DNA of 64,000 nt from Diplonema japonicum (lineage: Eukaryota > Protista > Euglenozoa: Diplonemea): positions 248,001 through 312,000 of the forward strand of contig OZ025736.1 of the NCBI GenBank assembly GCA_964019335.1, written 5' to 3'. Below, one piece after another: positions 32,901-47,215 of the stretch; within the stretch, counting starts at the first letter, position 1, and the number at the start of each line of letters is the position of its first letter. The notes under the pieces are model-generated. The model searched no databases. It saw only the letters and a program-made list of their open reading frames with translations, and had not been told where the DNA came from. A program made the translations under genes and the position numbers.

Positions 32901-35900
32901 ACCTTCGTGGACACCTCCGGCTTGTAGTGGGGTCGCGGCATCTTTGTCGTGATGTACAACCTAAACTTGTCGTTGTACTCCACAGCAGTGTCGTTCAACA
33001 GCACGCACCATCCAGATCCGTCTCGGAACAGTTGCTTCAGCAGCAAAGGCTCCAGCACAGGATCCAAATTCTCCCCGATGTTCTCCATGAGAACAGGTGT
33101 CCCCGATCTTATGGCGACTTCTAGTGTTTTGAGATACCCCTTGTCCGACTCAGGTCTGATACATGTCAATCTGTTGTCCCTCTCCATGTTTCTGATCCAG
33201 TTGTTTGCCTGCATCTGCGGGTCGATCAGCAGCGGCCACTTCCTTGTGTTCGTCATGATGACCGCATTGTCCACAGAGAAGGAGTCCGCAGGCAGGGACG
33301 CTGTCTTCCATTGCTGCACCTTCAAAGGGTCACCCAAGAACCTCTCGAGACTGAATGGGTCGGACCCTTGTATGCCTCCCTCCTTGCACATGATCAACCA
33401 CTTCGATAGGAGTTCGGATCTGTACTTCGAAGTGAAGGGGCCCAGATATGCGATCTGGCCGGATGCCATAACAACATCGCCGAGGAGGTTGGCAAATTGC
33501 GCACCGAGTCTCTCGGATTCTTCCACGTACCGTACTTTCTCACCTGCTAGACCCTTCACCAGTTTTAATGCACGCTCGAGCTTCGAGGATGTGTCTTCAT
33601 ACTGCTCTTTGAGCTCCTGTCCTTTTCGCTTCTTCTCGTCAAGGTCTGCTTGAAGTGCGTCCAGTCTGTCGTCAACCTGCTTCAGTGCATCACGTTTTGT
33701 CTTCAACTCCGACTGTGCTTGTGCAAGGTCATTCTGTGCAACCTCAAGCTGCTCTTTCATGGGCTTCACTTTCTTGTTGACTCTAAAAAATAGCTCGCTT
33801 GCCACCACCCATTGCACTACGCCCACCAGCGCACCAGAGAGCTTCTCTACAACTTTCAGGTCGCAGAATTCTTTCTTTTTTAAGTAATTCTTCTGGATCA
33901 GCTCTATCCTGGTCTCCAGTCCTTTCTCCTCTTCCTTTTCTATTTTGTCGGTGAAGTTGATCATGTTGTTCTGAAACTTTGTGAGGTCTGTGAGGATCTT
34001 CTTCTTGCACACGTCCCAGTACAAATCGAGCTCGTTTTGCAGTTTGCCCGAGGCATCTTTTTTCGCCTTCACGATCTCCCCGAACATGATGCACACAGCC
34101 GACATTACCATCTTGATGCCCTCAGGTGGCGAGCCCATAGCCTTCACCAGCGTCAGTTGCCCTTTGTCGATGTTTTTCACAGCATCCATGGCCTTGTTTA
34201 GGGCGGGAAGCGCTTCTGCAAGTTCCGACTTGCAGTGCTCTTCGATTTGTCGTGCATCTGCTTCCTTCTTGGCAGTCTCTTCTTCCTCCTTAGCCACGAC
34301 AGCCCTGATCTCTGCAGCCTCGTCCTTCTCTTTTGCAATTTCTACTTCAGCATCGGCTGTCTCTTGCATAGTTGTCTTCAAGTGCGGCTTCAGGAGCTCT
34401 AGAGCTTGTTGTTTGTCTTCCACTTCTTCTTCCGTCCTCTTCAGAGTGTCAAGCCCATGGTCGTATCGGTGCTTAGCCCCGCTGATCCCTGACCGCATCT
34501 TCGCTAGCAGCGTGCTGAACGTCGAGAGCAACTCAAGGTACGACGTGGGCGTCACGTAACTGTGCATCCTAGCTTCTTCCAGGTACCGAGCGCACATTTG
34601 TTGTGTGTCCTTCTGCATGACGACGCAGCAGTCGATCATGGACTGCTTCTCTTCGACAGTTAGCTGCACGTCTTCAAGAACACTCGCAGCCACTGTACGC
34701 AGACCTTCTTTCGGCCATTCTGTGAACCAGTCGATCGTCGAGCAGTTTACCAAAGATGGGAATTGTCTCAACCTCGTGCGCAGCGTGGCGCCCACAGGCG
34801 AGAACGCCATGACAACATGGCACAGACAGCGGCACCTGTCAACAAAGAACCTGAAGATGACCTCTTTCGAGTGCCATTCTGCACCTGCATCCTTCGCAGG
34901 CTGCTTCAACGCCTCCCCGATGGCGTCCACATCCTCGGGCTGCATGAGACTGGGGACTTCACCAGTGTTTAGGATGTTGCAGATATCTTCCAGGAACTCC
35001 TCTTCTACGATCTGGGTGTCAGTCACTAGGAACACGGTTGGCTCGCTTTTCATGCCTGCGCCCTTCAGGAACAACCGCAAGTTGTCCAACCAGTCAAGCC
35101 GCGTGAAGCCTTTTGTGACCTGCGGTTGCACGCATTTGTACTCTGCAATGTGTGCAGCCAGCCGCGTGCAGCTCTGCCTTCCACTGCCGCCAACACCGAT
35201 CAGCAAGCAGTGTCCGAACGGTAGTTTGATGACACGCGAGATTCTCGCAACATGTTCCAACACATAGGTGAAAATGACCAGGTCCATCTGCTTCTTCGCT
35301 GTGTGATTGTGCACGCTGAGGTAGTCCTGTAGTATTTTCCTTGACTTCTCAAGGTCATCGAGTTCCTCGTACGACCTGTCGTCCACGTTGTTCTCCATGA
35401 AGTCGGCGTAGATAAGGGGCATCGAGGGCACCACTGTGTTGAAGTCCAGCTTGAAGTTGCCCTTTAGACTCGTCCCCACGAGCTCTTGGAACCACACCCT
35501 GTCACCCTCCACGACTAAACGGTCGTGGAAAATCCTGTAACACTCGTGAACCCACAGGCGACACAGCTGGATATTATCGGTCACCTTTTTGGCGGGAGCT
35601 AAACTGATGCCTTGGAACACTTTTGATATATCTCGCAGGTTGAAGGTGTAGTGGGACTTCTCTGGTGTTGGAAGGAGCTTCTCGCAGATCGTGTTATAGA
35701 CATCGATGGAGGCCTGCACCACCTGAGGGACCATGCCGTGCAGCACAGGCGCGAAGCCAGGACGCGTGACGATCCATTCCACCAGAGTACCGAAGATCTT
35801 TTTCATAGTCTGGTCGTCAAAGGGCGGCAGAGATATGGTATTGAAGTGGCGTGGCAGGCGGGGTGTGACGTCGGACCTCCCACCGCCAGGGGGGCCCATG

Positions 35901-38900
35901 GCACCAATGAAGAGTACATCCTGCAGTTCCCTGAAATCAACGTTATCCTTCTTGTGCTCGAACCACCCTTTGTAGTCCATCCACTGCCTGATGATTTCAA
36001 TGGGAGGCTGTGCGCCGTATTCCTCTTTCTGCGGCATGTTGAGATCGTCCACGAAAATGCACATTTTCTTCCCGATCGGCGGGCCGTAGACGCCTTTCCT
36101 GCGTTTGTCGACTTTGGTGTCGATGATATCTTGGACTTGGTTGGCGGTGGTTTGGGCCGAGAAGCCCACCATAAGGTTCTGGTACCTCTCTCTGTCAATG
36201 ACGTTGTTCAACATGTCTTTGATGAGGATTGTCTTTCCCGTGCCGGTTTCCCCAACAAAGAGAATGGGAAGACCATTGTCAATGCACGTCTTCAGCAAGT
36301 AAGAGTACCTTGCGGTGTCCGTTGTGGGTACGATAATCTGATGATACTGTGCCTCTTGTGATATCTTTAGCTCATCAAGAGTGTCCAGCCAATCGATGAA
36401 CCTGCACCCCTCGTTGACAAACACGAAGTCAAACATCGTCCGCTTGTCGGGCAGCTGGATGGTGAACTTGTACTTTACTTTTCCGTCGTCATCGTCTTTG
36501 TCTTTGTCCTTGTCTTTTTTGTCTTTCTTTTTCTTATCCTCGCCGATCCCAAGCTCTTCTTTCAGCCACTTGTCGAAGAGCAGGCGTCCCTTTTGATCCA
36601 GCGAACCACCGATGCTCCAAACCAGACTGAACAGGAACCACCCCTCTACTCGTTTGATGACGTCTAGCTCGTCTATCTGGAGCCACGGCTTCTTCCCTGT
36701 ATTTTCGTCTTCCTCGAAATCTGAGAAGTGGGCGTTCCAAAGTTTCAACAGTTCGCATAAAAGAACGCTGTCCGAGAGCGGTATGAGGCGTTTGCACCCG
36801 TGGCTTGCTGTGTACAGCGCAGCTTCCACGTAAGAATCAACTAGGCTGCGCATTACATTCGTCGCCTCTTCGTTGTCTTTTAGCCCCTCGGGGAGGACGT
36901 TCATCCAGGAGTCGAAGATGCATTGCCACCCAAGTGTGTCGGGTTCCACATAGATCATCCCGCACCTACTGACCGTGGCGGGGGATGCCACCAGCAAGTC
37001 CTGCACTTCAAAGATCATGTTCATGGTGTCCGACATGCTGATGATGTCCCCGTTCACAAGGCACAGCTTCTTGTTGTCGTCAAGTACGGTGTTCATGTTC
37101 TCGATCCAGATGGCGTCCACTGGGCCGTCAAGTACGATCCACTTCCTGTCCGGTGTCGTCTGTTCCGCAAGCGTTCGGAATGCTTTTGCGAGGATCCCAT
37201 CGTTCCAGTCGCCTGACATGTCGAACTGCCCGTACAGCTGCCCCATAGTGATGGCCTTCGGGTTCATCGAAAAGATGTGTGTCTTTCTCTCTGGCGAGCT
37301 TTGGGGCAACCCTTCGGCGTGCAAAGATGTATTAGCATACGACAGCACCTTGAGAATAGAGCTTTTGGACCCGAAAGACATGCCGACAATCATGAGCCCG
37401 TGCCTCACGTTGATCATCTCGTAGCTCTCGAAAGCCTTAACCACAAAATAGTCGGTGCACTGCAAGTTGAAGTGTTCGCACGCCTGTACCATTGCGTTCT
37501 TGTAGTCCGCGTAGTCGGGTTCCTCAAGCTTCACGCCCGGGAACAAGTCGCCCAGGATGTTGTGGAAGAGCGGGACATCCTGCGTCAAGAACTTCGGCAG
37601 GTTGACATCCTTGATGCTCCTCAAGATCAGGATTGCTTCATTCTCATCAGGGAAGTTCTGCTTCAACCGTGCAGCGGCATTCAGAACGGTCTTCACAGCA
37701 CGCATTCCGTAGTCGTAATGCGACTGCGATGAGAGGGACTCAGAGCAGAGCTTGTACACCACAACCAGCTTGGTAGATAAAGCAGGGGCCTCTAAGAACC
37801 CGCACGAAAACAGACTAATCTCGCTAATCAGCCTGTAGTCGGGGACCATCATTGCCACAGGACGGAACAGCGCCTTCAGGTTGTCTGGAAGTTCTGCTCT
37901 CCCCGCGTAACCGGGGTTCATCGTGATGAAGACACAGCTGCCGGCCTTCAGCTTGATCGACACATTCTCGAACACGAATTCCCCGCCTACTCTACCCTCC
38001 GCAATGGCCATTTGAATGGTGGAGATCTGCTGTGCGATCACAGACAACACCTGGATCTCGATACGATTGAACTCGTCCAGGCATGCCCAGCTCCCTGCCT
38101 GTGCCAGTCCCTTGAACAGTGCACCCATCATCTTGTAGTCGCACTGGTCCGAGCAGTTGTACACAACACAGTGCTTCGCAAGCGCTTTGGACAGATCCTT
38201 AACGGTCTCAGTCTTGCCAGTACCAGCAGGTCCTTCGGGTGCACCGCCGTAGTTCAGATGCAAAGCGCCAGTGAGAGTTCGGTAGCACCTGTCAGTAAGG
38301 GGTGTGATGACCAGCCTTCCTGTGTTTCCCAGGTACTCGTAGCCGTAAGGAAGTATGGCGTTGGTCTGCTTCACCCACAGGTTCTCGTTCTCCCAATAGT
38401 ACCGCAGCTGCGCCTGCCAGTCGAAGGCGGCAACCTCGCTCACCCCCTTGTCGCGGATCTCGTTGGTGATGACCTGGTTGTGCACTTCAATGACAAGCAG
38501 CGCCTGAATGGTTGCTCTCTGAACTCTGGTGAGCTTCCCACGCACACAGTTGACAAGCGCTTGCTTCTGCTCTTGACACTTCACTGCGTATTTGTGCAGC
38601 CCTGCATTTTGCTCCGTGATGAGCGCCTCTTCCGTCTCCCTTGTCCAGAATAAGCAAGATATGGCAAGAACAACCTGCCCAGGCCACGTCAGCAACCACT
38701 GGACTCGTCCTTCCTGAGTGTCCGCTTTCGACACGTAGTCATCAATGGAACGCCTCAGGTGGTCCCTCACGGAGTCCCGCATGCTTTCTTCAACCTTGTC
38801 CAGCCACATCTCAACCTGGTTGTTGCTGTCAGACGGATTTAACGACTTCACGAAGTCTACTTTCTCGCCCTCAGGTGAGATCATCTGGTCGATGTCGAGA

Positions 38901-41900
38901 TTCTCCCTGAACCGCAGCTCCTTCACGCCTTCGAAGCATTTCGCCAGATATTTCTGCACTCTTGTGGGTTCCTGTGATTCGGACAGGATTTCAAGTAGCG
39001 CGTCGTTTGAAATGAAGTAGAACCTCGGGAAGGCCATACGCTTTGTTTCCAAAAAGTCGTACAGCTTCTTCAGGATCTCTTCCAGTAATCCGTTGGCCTT
39101 CTGAAACTTGCGCAGTAAATCTTCATCGTCAGCCTTGATGAGGACACTGGGGTTCTTCTTCGTGGACTCCATCACTTCGCACCACACTTTGTCGACCTTG
39201 CTGAAGGACTGGTAAGCTCCAGGGAGAGCACGCTGGATATCAGAAGCAGAAAAAATGGGCTCCAGGTACGCCCACGATTGTTGGCATTTCAGCCACTCGT
39301 CTTGGATGCTTTGCAGCAGCAGCAATTTCTTCTCCCACCTCTCCACTTGCTCTTTGATATCTTTCGCGTGCTGCGACCCGAGCATCGTCTGCGTCTTCAC
39401 TATGTGGTCGTCTAGCTTCGCTTGGATGTCGTCAACTTCCTTTAACACGAACGTCTCCTTGTGTGGTTCCAACTGGTACTGCACGTGAGTCCACTCCGCC
39501 TTCATGTCAGCAAGCTGCTTGTCCAACTTATGCTGTTTTTCTGCACGCTCTGACACCTCCTCAATTGCGTGCAGGTGTGATAGAAGTTCGAAGTTTGTTG
39601 TCAAGTGTCGCAGAGTGAACTTGTCTTGCTCCACTGGTTTGAGGTCTTTGTCGGTGGTTCCCACCATCTGCGCGATTTCCTTCCAGTGCTTGGCCTGCAG
39701 ACCAGGATGCCTTAACGCACGGATGAGGGGCAGCAAGGGTGAGAACGCCTTTACCTGTTCGTAGAACTTTGTGGCGATTTGCTGAGGTCCTTCATCCTTC
39801 AGCTTCCTTGTCAGTGTGTTTAGCGTCTTCCCCCACTGCAACACGTTCATCTCGACCTCGTCGGGCTGCAAGTTCTCAAAGGGGCGCATGTTCCATAGCT
39901 CAAATTTAGAGCTCACGTGGTTCACAATGGTCCACAGCTGCTCGTAGGGTTCAAACGACGCACTTAGTTCCTTTAGGTGCCAGGGCGTGTTGGGCATGTT
40001 AAAGAGGTTCTCCCTGCTGTTGTACTTCTGCATCTTCTCACCACACTCATCGATCTGCGCACGCAGCTTCTGTACTTGCACGAAATACTCCTCCAGCTGG
40101 TTCTCCGCCGACCATCTGCTGCACTTGTCGACCTGCGTCTGCAGTTCCTGCACCTCTCTCGTGAGCTCTTCGGTATCCTCGCGAAGTTGGTTGATAAAGC
40201 GGTGCCTGTTTTCCTTGTAGCGGAACTCTGAGTCTTCGAGCACCTGCTGCACCTTCTGCGGCCACCCTAAGGTCGTCCAGTAGAGCACAAAGTCATGGTC
40301 CTGGATGGAGAAACAGTGCTGCGCCAGCAGGTGATGTGCGTCAGTTACTGCTGCGAAGATAGACTGGAGATGCTCGACTTTGACAGGAACTTTGTCGGCT
40401 TCAAGCTTCAACTGGTGAAGCGCTTCTGGTGTCTCGACAGGTGCCTGGATGGTCTCGTAAGTCTCGGCATAGTCTTCCGCACACTGCTGACACTTCTCAA
40501 GTGCTTGCTTCGCAAGCAGCTCCTCGAGCGCCCTGCCGATGTCCTGCACCTTGCGTGTTAGGGATCGCTTGATGTCGTAGCACTCCACTCGGATCATCTC
40601 GAAGCAGACCTCGTTCAAGGTCCTCTCTTGGATACGCTGCGCGTCGATCTTCAGCTGGTCCAGCTGCGAGGCGAAGTCCTCCAAGGTAGGGTTTGTAGCC
40701 TCGAATTCCTCAATAAAGTTGTCGATGTCTATCTTCAGGATGTACTCAAAGGTCTCGTACAGGGCAAGCACTTGAAGGGGCCCTTTCTTGTTCTCTGTCA
40801 TCAGCTGGTGCACAAGATCGACGGGGAGCTCAGAGCGGGACACGCTGCAAAGCTCAAACGGACGCAAATTGAGCAACGGGAAGAGCTTGTCGCCAACGCC
40901 TAAGATCTCCTGCGTCTCTGTGAAGAAGCCTTCGTAGACACTCTTGACGGCGTCCTCGACCTCCTCCAGCAGTGGGTCGTAGATCACAGCGTCCGAGTTT
41001 GAGATGAGCTTGATGACGAAGAGAGGCTGGTTTCCGTTCACCTCTTTGCACATTTTCAGGATGTGCTTGTGGAACCCCTTTTGTTCTTTCTCTTCATCCA
41101 CCTCCAACGACAGCTTCACTAAGCACACCTCCGGCTGGGTAACAGGCTCCTCCGGTTCCTGGAATTCGTCCTCTTGTTGTTTCTTCGGCTTTTTCTTCTC
41201 GTCGCCTCCAGCTTGCTTTTTCTCCTCTTCTTCCTCGTTTTTCTTTGCGTATTTCTGCTCGAGGACGGCGAGCTTCCTTTCGCGCTCTGCTTTGTCAGAA
41301 GGCTCTTCGTCGAGAAGGTCTGCCTCTTCGTCGTAGTTCTTCGGGAGGACAACCTTGAAGTTCAGGAGGAAATTGGTGTAAGCTTCGATGGAGTCGAGGA
41401 TAAGGGTGCGCAGCTGGTAAGCCATGATGAGGTTGATCATGCGGAAGAACCTGCACATTCTGCTGTTTCTGTACCTGTCTGCGTCGTCTTCGTAGAAGTT
41501 GAAATGGTCGTCAAGATCGTTGAGGATCGTGGCCGTAGTGTTCACGCTCCAGTCATCTTGAAGTCGCTCGGACGCCCTTGTTACCGTGCTGTTCTGCCTA
41601 TTTTTGAAGGTCTCGAGCTCGCAAGGCATGATCACATCCTCCATCACCACGTCACACAGCAGGCAGTCCGAGAACTGCGCCCACCTCCCAACGATAGAGA
41701 ATATTGTCGCATACAACAAATGATGCGTGAAGAATAAATTCTCCTGGATGTACCGCCTGCTGTACGGGTAGTTCGGCGACGGAGTGTCTACCGTCCCAAG
41801 CAATTCGTTCAATTCAGGATCTTCCTCGGCTGGTTCCGACGGCAGGTTCAGGTTGGCAAGCCGCCTTCCTTCCTCAGGGTCACGGAACTTGTAGTTGAAA

Positions 41901-43084
41901 ATCGCCTTTTTGAGACCAAAGGAATACGTGTCCCTTATCTCTATGATGGACTTCTCGATGACGTGCAGGTGTGCCAAGGGGAACTCGTCCGCAACCAATG
42001 CTAAGATTCTGTCCACTTGGTCCTCGTCAATGGGTGCCACGTATTCGTCAGGCATCCCATCGATGTACAGGTGCAGCCGCATCTGCCCTTCGGCATGGTC
42101 GCGCAGCTCGTGGGCCTGTCTGACCCTATCCTTCCATTGTTCATCATCTTCCAAGTCGAAGAGAAGGTTGAGCCGCTTCACCCATTTTTCAGGTTCGTTG
42201 TGCTTCCTTGGAACGTTCTTCCACTCCACTAGATACGTCTGCTCATTTGAGTTGTAGCTCAACACGACGCACTCCCGCCACTCGCCTTCTAAGTTGTTCT
42301 GGTCGTAATATTTAGTCTTTGCGGGTGTGCCTTTACTTCCGTTTGCCCTCCCGACGAGGATCCAGTTGCTCGGTTCGCAAGGCTCGAGCTCAGAGTTATC
42401 GAATTCTTCGAGTGGGAGGAAGTGGCTCATCAGTGGATCTACACCCTTAACGCCTTTGTGCTCGTCGAGCAGCTCCGGCTCGGGTATGGGTGGGGGTTGC
42501 GTGTTGCGGTAGGATTTGGTGAACCCCGGCGACGCCATTTTCTGGTTCCGTGCCACTGAGCGTATGTTGGCGGTGGGTGTGTAGAGACAGCCGATTTTCT
42601 CGGTGTGGCTCTTGGCCTTCACCTTTGTGGGTTTTGTTGTGATACTTGCGAGTAACGGTCCAGTGGGGGGCACGATGCTGGCCACGGAGGGGCTGGCGAT
42701 GGGAGTCGTCGCGTTCGGGTCTGTACTCTCCGTCCTGCCCAGATCCTTGGTCACATCCTTGTGAATGCTCGCAATGGTTTTCGCTTTGTCGCTTTTCTCT
42801 CTGGTTGTTTTCGTGAGATCTTTCAAGACCTTAGGGATGGCTATCCGTACAGGCTGGTCGGAGCTTGACGCTGGTACCCTCCGTGGTGGTCTAGGTATGT
42901 ACTGCTCGGCGGTGGCTGTTTGCAGGTAAGCCTGATGCCTGAGGTGTTCTTCTTGGTCTTTGAGACGCATGAAGGCTCGGTACCCTACCTCAGCCTCGAC
43001 ACGTGCACGGCCGTACTTTCCATCTAGTATATCCTCTGGGATGGGGGCCACATAGTCTGCAATGTCCTTGTCAAGAAAGCTCAT
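29935..43084 (-). CDS. DNAH1: Axonemal inner-arm dynein heavy chain, DNAH1-type; introns 30703-30740 and 30235-30272
   Basis: P-loops GPAGTGKT, GMSFGSKS, GETGTGKT, GVGGSGRQ. DNAH1-like N-terminus (FLPLEEFDN...WVKRLNLLF...LYIDGMP). Two 38-nt introns restore QECVR|FNRL and GLYLQ|GAGFD, and the C-terminus ends HWVKRGTAMFC. Confidence 0.95.
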
Positions 43085-43323
43085 CGCGATACGTGTTTAT
43101 CTTCTCTTTCGCAAGAAAAGAGGGGATTTCCTTATAATCTTAGAGAGAGAGAGAAAAAAAAAAGACACACACTCAGCACGGCATCCCCTTCCCCCCTTTT
43201 CCTGTTTTGATGGTATTCAACGAAAAACCCCAATAGAAATATGTAAAAAAAAAAAAAAAAAAAAGAAAAAAGAACACAGGATATCGAATCTTGCACTCCC
43301 ACTTAAACCCTTTATTTCTTTCT

Positions 43324-46300
43324 CTATTGGATCTTTATGGTGAGCCCGTTTTCGTAGGCGGGCTCGCCGAGGCTTGTGAGGTCCTGGTTGTTGATGTTCA
43401 GGCGAAAGTCTGAAGGAAAGCGGTTGAGACCGAAGCGAACGGTGAGCTGCCGAGGCGTTTCTGCAGGGAAGAGGCTCGAGACTTCCAACGTCAGGGCGTT
43501 CCCATGCCAGGTAGACTTTGTCTGAACACCATCGATGCCCACTACGATACGTGCTGCGAGGTCAACCTGTTGTCAGTTCAAAGGAAAGAACAAATTGATA
43601 ACATACCCATACAGCGCCGAACCGTCTGAGAAGGTAAGCGGCTGCTGTCGCAGATCCATGCCCACTCCAGGTCAGCTCTGTGGCTTCTTTCGCACCTTTC
43701 CATGGGTCTGCCCACCCGTTGCTCAGCACCCCCGTGACGTGTTTCCCGTCCTTTGCGATGAGACCGATTCTTTTAGTGCAGTTCCCTGGTGCCGACATCA
43801 GTGCGAAGCCAGCACGTGCTGCAGCCACTGCACGTTCCAGGTATTCCACCTTCCCCGTCGCCACGTAGTAGTCACACAGCACCGGCACTGCAACATGCTG
43901 TCTTTCAGACCAGTCAGGGTGTGCGTTCGACTTTCCGTACCCTCCGTAAAAGTGCCCTACACAGCACTGCAACCTTGGTGGCGACCACACCTGCTGTAAG
44001 AGATTCAGTATCTGCACGCAGTGCTCGCCCGTTTCAAGCCACTTGTCATCGGCGGTGAGCTTATGCAGAGCCAGCATGTGGTTGGCTGCCCAGGATATAG
44101 ACAGTGTCCCCACTGGAGGCACCCCGCTCACGCCGTCCGCCCACCACCCTTCTAAGATGTCACGCGTTTCGAAGTCAAAGAATCTCTGCTTGCCAACCAC
44201 CTCACGCATAACATAGTCACCTGCGCGCTCTGCAGCCCGCGTCAGGTTCTGGTCTGTTTTAACGTGGGCGGCAGCAACGGCCAGAATTGCCCCGCCGAGG
44301 GAGGTCGTGCCTGGGAAGCAACCAGTGTCTGGGTTGGACCTACACCGCACGGGCTGCAGCCCTCCATCGTAGTATGCAGGCAGAGAACCGTCTGCATGCT
44401 GCGTTCCTGCTAGGAAGTACGCGTATTCTATTACCTTCTTCATGAGGCTGCCGCTGGAGTCCTGTTTCGGCATACTCTTAACAATCTGGTACATCCACCA
44501 CCTTGTTGTCCCCATTGCAGCCGCATCGTAGCCCGTGTCCCATGAAGTGTAGTCCGGCTGGTACTCCTGCACAGTCCCTTCCCACTCTTTTGTGTTGTAG
44601 TTGAACGCTGTTTGGAAGGCTCCTTTAAGGGAAGCAGGCGCACCCGTAGCCATCCGGAGGATGCCCTTCGCCTGCTGCTTGAGTGTCTCATTTTTGAAGT
44701 ACCCTCCAAAGAAGAGCATTCCAAAAGCATTCACAACATCGTTTTCACGTGCGTGGAACGGAATGCGGCCGGTGGGTGACACGTGGCCGTACTGGTCGTT
44801 CACCTGTTTGGGTGTTGTGGCGTTGTAGGCACGGGCGGCGTAGTGTGCGTAGCGGTCGACCTGCGGGCAGGTGTCCCTGAGGTGCGCCCTGCCGCTTTTT
44901 CTCCATAAGTGGGCGTTCACTGCCGTGGTGAGGTCGTGCGGTGTTGTGTGTGCTGATGCAAACATGTGGAACAGCAAGACAGGCACACCGGAGTGCGGAG
45001 GCGGGCTAAACACCTTCTGCTTGGTGTCCCTGACGCTGTATCCACTGTCAACCTGAGATGACGCGACCCCTACCCACGCACGCATAGGGAGATCGTCTCC
45101 ATTCAGAGCAGAATCCGATGTCTGCTTCCCCGTGCCCCTAGCAAGCGACCCGCTGTGCAGCTCAAGCGACGCGGGCACGGACCACGTCTTCGCGTTTTGG
45201 TGCATTGCAATCATGGACAGGTCGGGAATGAGGGCAAACCCAGCACCCCTCCCTGCTCCGATCACGGCGGGCCCCCTGAAAAATTCTTCCGACGACACTC
45301 CATCGGCATTAGAGTTAAGGCCCTTCCCAGGGTGCAGCATAGGCAACCACTTGAAGGTCCCGGCACCCGTGTCTGGAGGAGGGTCGAAGAGAAACTCTAC
45401 TTCAAAGCCGTACAGAACCGTGTTGGAGCGTAGGCCTTCGGTGTTGCGCTCCTCAGGTACGGATGGGTGATAGATGGTGGCAGTGACGTTGAAGGCAGGG
45501 ATGAGGCGTGCCCCAGGTACAGCACCGTTCAAGGACACTGTAACAACGTACTCATATGAATAGCGTGAGTCGGAGGCAGTGGCAAGCAGTAACCCGTTGA
45601 GGACTGTGAAAGAGGTGTATTGCACGGACTTTGCGTTGGCAGTGACACCCGTACTCACAACAGTGGTCTGCCAGTGCTCCGCGACCTGTTCCTCAAACAC
45701 AACCATCGAAGACTCGGGCAGTCCACAGACACGCGACACACCACGAGAGATGACATACGACGACGACTCGCATGTGGTGACAGGCGAGGCTTCCGAGGCA
45801 ACCACGTCTGGCAGAGCCTCGCTGGGTTCGTCCTTCGCAATCACGACCTTGGCCTTCTCCCTCCTATCTTTTTCAAGGAGGCGCGTAGGGTGGAGCACAT
45901 GCTTGGTCGCAATAGAAAAGATCAAGGGTGTTGGCAAGTGATGATACTTCGGCTTCTCCTGGTAAGTAGTGTCCGTGATAAAGTCGTGGGAGTGCACGAT
46001 GAGCCTGCCTGGAGCAACTGTGGTGAGCATCCTGCGGGACGAATGGCCTGCAGCAGACGAGGCGGCTAAAAGGGAAGGCGGCATGGGAAGGTCGGGACCT
46101 GCTGCGGTGATTCCAATCTGCGTGTTAGCAGCGTCGAGTGCGGAAGCTACGACGAAGTTGATACTATCATGCTGCTGCTTGGCGGGGCGGGTCCCAAGTA
46201 GCACGCTGCGACGCAGCAGCACTGCAGGCGCGGAACACGCCTCGCAGTGGGGTGGGATCAGATCGTAGCTTAACGCTAGTTTCTTCTTCACTTCCAGAAG

Positions 46301-47215
46301 GTTCTCAGGCGGATTGTTCAGGACTATAATGTCCGCGACCCCATCGAACCTGTCGCTCAGCACCTCCGCCGTGAGGCTCGCACCCGTTTCCTTCTTCTTC
46401 TCGCAACGTTCCGCACGTTCCTTTTCCCACGCACCGAGCTCCTTCGTGAGCTGCACCATGACGGCGTCGTACACAGCAGAGGCGAACAGCGTCACACCGT
46501 CGACACCCTTCACATGGAAGGCGTACGCACGCCACTGCGGCCACCACTTCTCAATAGCACCTATATCACCCTTGTAACACGTAATGGGGGAGGGACGGTA
46601 AAGCCCGTTGTACACAAGCGGCAACGTGGCACGGGCAGTGTATACTTCGATAAACCGAGCGGAGGAAGGGTTGGACTTATAAAGCTGATCGACACGGGAT
46701 AGAGTAGAAGAAGGTACAGGGGCACCAGAAGAGACAAGGGCCGCTCGAAAGAGGTCGTAAAAACCTGGAGGAAAGACAGACTGGATAGAAGGGAGACTGG
46801 TTGCAGACAGAGCCGTGGAGAAGACGTCTTGAGCTATCCAAGGGGAGACAGGCGTTGAGTGGATCATGGAGGTGTCGATCGTCAGAACGGAGAGGTCAAG
46901 CATGCTCTTTTTTTTCGCGTCTTTGTTCTCGATGTCTTCCCTCATGCGTTCCCTTACCCTGCTCAGTACCTCGTCCCTGGTTTCGTGAACCATTTCGTGG
47001 GTGTCCGTCTGCCCTGACATCAGTTCACCCGTGCTCATTTCTGGTCGTAGTGGGCCCTTCATCCAGAGCACACAACCCAACATCACCACTGCCACTACCA
47101 TTAACCCCATGACACCTCTGTCCCGTGTGGCATCGGGGTGTTTGCTTTTTGTCGTTCTTTCCACGCCACGTAGCCTTCTGTCTTCACTCCCCGATCTTTC
47201 ATGTCTGGGCCGCAT
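43324..47215 (-). CDS. Type-II membrane-anchored protein with C-terminal (alpha/alpha)-barrel, glycoside-hydrolase-like domain; intron 43567-43606
   Basis: Single N-terminal TM (GLMVVAVVMLGCVLW). Repeating helical-hairpin motifs GTQHADGSLP, LTRAAERAGDYV, LHKLTADDKWLETG, YYVATGKVEYLERA. The intron joins ...FGAVW|VDLAARIVVGIDG to ORF 43324..43542. Confidence 0.75.

Noticed and set aside
29935-43084. Alternative genetic code or stop-codon reassignment
   Set aside because: A reading frame of over 4100 codons is open under the standard code with conserved Trp/Gln residues, and TAA, TAG and TGA all serve as terminators in the window.
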